From the NCBI GenBank assembly GCA_000004985.1, contig GG739203.1: a stretch of DNA of 3,929 nucleotides; one strand, 5' to 3'. Below the pieces are notes generated by a model. It ran no database searches and was not told the origin of the DNA. It saw only the letters and a program-made list of their open reading frames with translations. A program made the position numbers and the translations under genes. The stretch is from Naegleria gruberi. Lineage: Eukaryota. Each line of letters starts with the position of its first letter. The stretch's first letter is position 1. Below are positions 1 to 3,929 of the stretch, one piece after another.

Positions 1-455
1 CTATTTATGAATTTCTTGTTTGAAATTTTGTATGAATGGATTTTGGACTATTTCATTACTGAGGAAATAAAGAAACCTAACGAAAATGTGTAAATAAAAA
101 TTGTAAAGTAATTTCTATTATATTGAAAACTGTAAATTCCGAATATTCAACCATTCGAGACAAACAATCAAAATTGTAATTATTTCAATAACATTTGCAA
201 CTTGAACACTTTTTGAAGTGGTGTTTCTTTTGATGAAACCATTCCCAAAGTAATATCAATTCCAGGAAGAGGAGCACAACTTGTTTCATAGCACACTTTC
301 AAAATTACCATGATTCAAGTTTAGTTTTGGCAAGAGATTCTTTACAAGTAATTCAAAACCCACTTTTGAAGCTGTGCAAAAGTCTTTCGAATTTTTCAAT
401 GAGGTGTTTGGAAGATTGATTAGAGTTAAATAATCATATTTCATAATTTACCCAG

Positions 456-619
456 AATATTTGATCAGCACCTTTAGAAAGAAACAATTCGACAGATGTA
501 AATTGCAATGGAGTGAACCATTCGTTACTTTTCGTGCCAACAAGATGTCAGTTGAAGAATTGGAAGAAACTGCAGAACAATATCGTCAATTTGTTTCCAA
601 GTGGATTGAAAAGTGTTAA
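456..619 (+). CDS. Candidate 3'-terminal exon, or small ORF, of a plus-strand gene convergent with GGH. Product is unknown. A possible acceptor cccag sits at 451..455. The in-frame ATG at 545 would give a 24-aa peptide MSVEELEETAEQYRQFVSKWIEKC, and the stop TAA is at 617..619.
   Basis: The frame is open from 434 to 619 (...YLISTFRKKQFDRCKLQWSEPFVTFRANKMSVEELEETAEQYRQFVSKWIEKC*). A pyrimidine-rich tract plus CAG immediately precedes 456. Plus-strand AATAAA at 667..672 lies about 48 nt past the stop, consistent with a real 3' end. I do not recognise a protein family for the peptide. Confidence 0.3.
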
Positions 620-666
620 CTCCACTCTCAGTCCAACTCTCTCATCTGAAATGTCAGAGAGAGTGT

Positions 667-672
667 AATAAA
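667..672 (+). promoter_or_regulatory. Poly(A) signal AATAAA for the convergent plus-strand transcript.
   Basis: The canonical hexamer is about 48 nt 3' of the TAA at 617..619. It lies only about 30 nt from the opposite-strand GGH poly(A) signal. Confidence 0.35.
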
Positions 673-697
673 GTATTTTGTAAATATTATCAATTTC

Positions 698-703
698 TTT
701 ATT
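698..703 (-). promoter_or_regulatory. Poly(A) signal AATAAA for the GGH transcript (plus-strand tttatt).
   Basis: The canonical hexamer is on the minus strand, about 37 nt 3' of the GGH stop codon. Confidence 0.5.
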
Positions 704-739
704 GAATTTTATAAATGAAACTCATGACAATTAAATAAT

Positions 740-1035
740 TTAAAAGAAATAACATTGAGCAAAATCTGGTTCAACTGGATAAGTGTAAACTGGATTGTAA
801 TTGTAAATCAATGAGGCAAGTTCACTTTGTTCATTTTGGAATTTGTGTTGACTCTTTCTAGCTTCATTGACAAAGAATTGAGAAAAGTACATGTTAGCTT
901 GTAAACTATCAAATGAATGATCGATATCTTCATGACACCATTCAAAGGCAATTTTTTCTGGATGGAATTGACTGGCATAGATTGGATATCTCTTGTTTTC
1001 ATAAAGTGAAATAAATCCCTTTCCATTTCTATCCT
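740..1035 (-). CDS. GGH: Gamma-glutamyl hydrolase (peptidase C26), 3'-terminal coding exon. It is 5'-partial, running into the N gap. The stop codon TAA is at 740..742 and the last sense codon at 743..745.
   Basis: Minus-strand frame with codons starting at 1033 translates to [97 protein letters not shown]. From memory this aligns colinearly with the human GGH C-terminus ([27 protein letters not shown]...[47 protein letters not shown]). The catalytic-His motif (F/W)HPEK is present, with His at 962..964. The frame is open right up to the gap edge. On the same strand, AATAAA lies about 37 nt past the stop. Confidence 0.85.
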
Positions 1036-2609
1036 NNNNNNNNNNNNNNNNNNNNNNNNNNNNNNNNNNNNNNNNNNNNNNNNNNNNNNNNNNNNNNNNN
1101 NNNNNNNNNNNNNNNNNNNNNNNNNNNNNNNNNNNNNNNNNNNNNNNNNNNNNNNNNNNNNNNNNNNNNNNNNNNNNNNNNNNNNNNNNNNNNNNNNNNN
1201 NNNNNNNNNNNNNNNNNNNNNNNNNNNNNNNNNNNNNNNNNNNNNNNNNNNNNNNNNNNNNNNNNNNNNNNNNNNNNNNNNNNNNNNNNNNNNNNNNNNN
1301 NNNNNNNNNNNNNNNNNNNNNNNNNNNNNNNNNNNNNNNNNNNNNNNNNNNNNNNNNNNNNNNNNNNNNNNNNNNNNNNNNNNNNNNNNNNNNNNNNNNN
1401 NNNNNNNNNNNNNNNNNNNNNNNNNNNNNNNNNNNNNNNNNNNNNNNNNNNNNNNNNNNNNNNNNNNNNNNNNNNNNNNNNNNNNNNNNNNNNNNNNNNN
1501 NNNNNNNNNNNNNNNNNNNNNNNNNNNNNNNNNNNNNNNNNNNNNNNNNNNNNNNNNNNNNNNNNNNNNNNNNNNNNNNNNNNNNNNNNNNNNNNNNNNN
1601 NNNNNNNNNNNNNNNNNNNNNNNNNNNNNNNNNNNNNNNNNNNNNNNNNNNNNNNNNNNNNNNNNNNNNNNNNNNNNNNNNNNNNNNNNNNNNNNNNNNN
1701 NNNNNNNNNNNNNNNNNNNNNNNNNNNNNNNNNNNNNNNNNNNNNNNNNNNNNNNNNNNNNNNNNNNNNNNNNNNNNNNNNNNNNNNNNNNNNNNNNNNN
1801 NNNNNNNNNNNNNNNNNNNNNNNNNNNNNNNNNNNNNNNNNNNNNNNNNNNNNNNNNNNNNNNNNNNNNNNNNNNNNNNNNNNNNNNNNNNNNNNNNNNN
1901 NNNNNNNNNNNNNNNNNNNNNNNNNNNNNNNNNNNNNNNNNNNNNNNNNNNNNNNNNNNNNNNNNNNNNNNNNNNNNNNNNNNNNNNNNNNNNNNNNNNN
2001 NNNNNNNNNNNNNNNNNNNNNNNNNNNNNNNNNNNNNNNNNNNNNNNNNNNNNNNNNNNNNNNNNNNNNNNNNNNNNNNNNNNNNNNNNNNNNNNNNNNN
2101 NNNNNNNNNNNNNNNNNNNNNNNNNNNNNNNNNNNNNNNNNNNNNNNNNNNNNNNNNNNNNNNNNNNNNNNNNNNNNNNNNNNNNNNNNNNNNNNNNNNN
2201 NNNNNNNNNNNNNNNNNNNNNNNNNNNNNNNNNNNNNNNNNNNNNNNNNNNNNNNNNNNNNNNNNNNNNNNNNNNNNNNNNNNNNNNNNNNNNNNNNNNN
2301 NNNNNNNNNNNNNNNNNNNNNNNNNNNNNNNNNNNNNNNNNNNNNNNNNNNNNNNNNNNNNNNNNNNNNNNNNNNNNNNNNNNNNNNNNNNNNNNNNNNN
2401 NNNNNNNNNNNNNNNNNNNNNNNNNNNNNNNNNNNNNNNNNNNNNNNNNNNNNNNNNNNNNNNNNNNNNNNNNNNNNNNNNNNNNNNNNNNNNNNNNNNN
2501 NNNNNNNNNNNNNNNNNNNNNNNNNNNNNNNNNNNNNNNNNNNNNNNNNNNNNNNNNNNNNNNNNNNNNNNNNNNNNNNNNNNNNNNNNNNNNNNNNNNN
2601 NNNNNNNNN
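1036..2609. other. Assembly or scaffold gap: a run of 1574 N.
   Basis: The bases are literal n characters. The gap interrupts the GGH gene body, so the middle exons are missing. Confidence 0.97.
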
Positions 2610-2704
2610 CTTTTGTTATTTTCTCCATCATTTCAACTTTTCGATCTTTCAACTTTCTATATCTTCACATTCACATGTTGTTCTACCTATATCTGAAATA
2701 TTAC

Positions 2705-2776
2705 CTTCCATCTCCAAGTAGTTATCGAGAACGAGCTGTTCTAAAGTGTCGATAGGTTTTTGGCTTGAATTTTTCT
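2705..2776 (-). CDS. Candidate internal coding exon, possibly an N-terminal-region exon of the same GGH gene. The exon ends at a strong GTAATA donor (minus GT = plus 2704..2703). The 5' boundary is uncertain: the putative acceptor ccgcag (plus 2777..2782) is a guess, and the frame stays open upstream to about 2830.
   Basis: Minus-strand translation reads ...(A)EKNSSQKPIDTLEQLVLDNYLEMEG, followed by gtaatatttcag. Similarity to the human GGH N-terminal region (KKPII...ASYVKYLESAG) is weak (KPI, YLE.G). The call is supported mainly by the open frame plus the consensus donor. It is on the same strand as the GGH terminal exon and upstream of it, with the gap in between. Confidence 0.25.
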
Positions 2777-3067
2777 CTGCGGAAATTAATTCCGATTTTT
2801 TAAAAATTTTCAAGTTGTTAAACTACCAAACATTTAATTCTTGAAATTCTTGTAAATTCGAAATATTTAAGATGCACGTTTTGAGATTAAAATTTTAAGC
2901 AAAAAGGAAATTGTAGTGTACTCCCATAGCTTCAAGACACAACAGGCAAACCTGGCAAAAGGTCTAATTACGGATCCGCAATTACTAATTCGATTGCAAA
3001 ATGGATAACATTCCCATTTATTCAAAAAAAATTTACAGAAAAGCAATAAAATTTTTTAATTAACCAA

Positions 3068-3073
3068 TTTATT
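3068..3073 (-). promoter_or_regulatory. Poly(A) signal AATAAA for the HNH-domain gene (plus-strand tttatt).
   Basis: The hexamer is on the minus strand, about 85 nt 3' of the stop at 3157..3159. Confidence 0.35.
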
Positions 3074-3156
3074 CTAAAAAATATCTGCAATTAATTTAGC
3101 AAAACCAATCAGTGTGTAATTGTACAATGTGCTTTGTTGTGCAGAACCCTGGCTGC

Positions 3157-3929
3157 TTATTTTTCCATAGACAATACTCTCTGAAAACTCAACAAGTTCA
3201 TCATTCTCTCCTTCATTCCTAAATCGATAACTTCCGATCTTGCATGCTTTTCCATGTGCTCAAAATAATGGCATCCATCACATAGCAATTCAAATTCCTT
3301 CAACTTTTCTACTTGTTGCTCTTCAGTCATTGCAAGAATTAACTTGTACTCATTAACATGTTGGGCTACTTCCCTCTCTTCATCATCGATATCTTCTGTT
3401 GCTTGGGCTCTCTTCTTCACACCATCCCTATTCTTGTGATGCACATGAAAGATCTTTCCCAATTCAGAATTGGATTCAAAAGACAGGCCACATTCCTTAC
3501 ATTTTCCTCCCATCAGATTGATCATCTTTTCATGACAATATTGCCAATTAGAACCACCTTCAACATTCCTTGCATGTTCCAAACCATGACAAGGTCTACA
3601 CAATACTTCCAACTTTTCATTCTTCTTGAACCAATCAGCACCAAACTTTTTGAATTCGGGAATGAATTTTGTTGTACTCCTAAATGTCTTTGTAAAGTCA
3701 TCGTCCTTATACATGACATGATGAAGAGTGAATGCATTAACCTCATGTAAATGTTCCATTTCAATACGACATCTATTGCACTTGATTGACAAATCGTCCC
3801 TCTCCAATACTTCACTTAGAAAAGTATGAATGGCAATTTGCTTCCTCTTGGAAATGTAAACAGCACACCTTGGACATGTTCCATCATCCTTAAATTTGAC
3901 ATGACCCAAACAAAAATGGCAATTGACAC
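3157..3929 (-). CDS. Tandem HNH (His-Me finger) nuclease-domain protein, McrA-like motifs. It is 5'-partial, with the frame still open at the window edge, and has no introns across at least 257 codons. Stop TAA is at 3157..3159.
   Basis: The translation contains two complete HNH units. Unit B (about 3574..3780) reads CNRC, 15 aa, LHHVMYKDDD, then NEKLEVLCRPCHGLEH. Unit C (about 3256..3501) reads CKECG, 14 aa, HVHHKNRDG, then LLCDGCHYFEH. Both match the canonical PF01844-type pattern CxxC...HH...N...LCxxCHxxxH, as in E. coli McrA (CENCG...EVHHVIPLSSGG...DNCVALCPNCHRELH). Further Cys pairs sit N-terminal: CPRC at residues 12..15 and NCHFCLGH encoded by 3910..3929. The same frame stays open upstream of the tracked start, which is TTG rather than ATG, so the true N-terminus lies beyond the window. 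An acidic linker (EDIDDEERE...EEQQVEKLKEFE) lies inside unit C between its HH and LCxxCH motifs. AATAAA is found on the minus strand (plus 3068..3073) about 85 nt past the stop. Confidence 0.6.
   Translation of the reverse strand, partial: VNCHFCLGHVKFKDDGTCPRCAVYISKRKQIAIHTFLSEVLERDDLSIKCNRCRIEMEHLHEVNAFTLHHVMYKDDDFTKTFRSTTKFIPEFKKFGADWFKKNEKLEVLCRPCHGLEHARNVEGGSNWQYCHEKMINLMGGKCKECGLSFESNSELGKIFHVHHKNRDGVKKRAQATEDIDDEEREVAQHVNEYKLILAMTEEQQVEKLKEFELLCDGCHYFEHMEKHARSEVIDLGMKERMMNLLSFQRVLSMEK

Noticed and set aside
7-93. Plus-strand 28-aa ORF MNFLFEILYEWILDYFITEEIKKPNENV at the window start.
   Set aside because: It is short and shows no conservation signal I can recognise. Its possible donor phase does not match the downstream candidate exon at 456, so it cannot be distinguished from chance in AT-rich DNA.
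230-275. GTAATATCAATTCCAG, a donor-acceptor pair 16 nt apart on the plus strand.
   Set aside because: It is too short to be an intron and is a coincidental match to splice consensus.
180-311. Minus-strand 43-codon ORF (MVILKVCYETSCAPLPGIDITLGMVSSKETPLQKVFKLQMLLK).
   Set aside because: There are no supporting splice or poly(A) signals in a consistent arrangement and no motif. It is likely a chance ORF in UTR or intronic sequence.
808-2652. 614-aa minus-strand ORF in the supplied track, mostly X.
   Set aside because: It is an artefact of translating through 1574 Ns. The N-proximal flank frame at 808..1035 (RIEMERDLFHF...) is not the GGH frame. The real coding frame there is the one offset by one base, which gives the GGH C-terminus.
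2693-2704. gtaatatttcag read as a complete 12-nt intron (donor immediately followed by acceptor).
   Set aside because: It is far too short for a spliceosomal intron. It is taken as a donor only.
2986-3017. Minus-strand ATGGGAATGTTATCCATTTTGCAATCGAATTA followed by a gtaatt donor. It was considered as a GGH first exon or signal peptide.
   Set aside because: It gives only 10 codons and is not hydrophobic enough for a signal peptide. Splicing it to the candidate exon at 2776 creates an immediate TAA, so the phases are incompatible.
3358-3750. 130-aa plus-strand ORF overlapping the HNH gene.
   Set aside because: This is a shadow ORF on the antisense strand of a well-supported coding frame. It has low-complexity hydrophobic composition and no motif.
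3522-3815. 97-aa minus-strand ORF in an alternative frame inside the HNH gene.
   Set aside because: It is an out-of-frame overlap with the motif-bearing HNH frame and has no recognisable features.
3907-3909. Start codon of the HNH ORF as given by the track (M).
   Set aside because: The codon is TTG, called as a start under a bacterial table. The frame is open upstream and the organism is eukaryotic, so this is not the real start.

Overview
This window looks like an AT-rich eukaryotic scaffold segment, probably from a metazoan and possibly a nematode-like genome. The basis is GTAATA-type splice donors, tttcag/ccag acceptors, AATAAA poly(A) signals and a run of Ns at 1036..2609, so the bacterial-style ORF track misleads here. 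Three elements are supported.

1. The minus strand 740..1035 holds the terminal exon of a gamma-glutamyl hydrolase gene (peptidase C26 family). Its C-terminal 97 residues are near-colinear with the human GGH C-terminus, including the catalytic-His WHPEK-like motif. The rest of the gene lies in or beyond the N gap.

2. A small open frame on the plus strand (456..619) ends 120 nt from the GGH stop, and each has its own AATAAA. The two 3' ends are convergent and almost abutting.

3. The most interesting element is a long uninterrupted minus-strand ORF, 3157 to at least 3929, which runs off the window edge. It encodes tandem McrA-like HNH (His-Me finger) nuclease motifs of the form CxxC, then HH, then N, then LCxxCHxxxH. 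There are two complete units, with extra Cys pairs N-terminal to them and an acidic linker. A tandem-HNH protein next to a conserved housekeeping gene is unusual for a eukaryote. It could be a horizontally acquired or domesticated nuclease gene.

The 614-aa ORF across the Ns and the two overlapping ORFs inside the HNH gene are artefacts.
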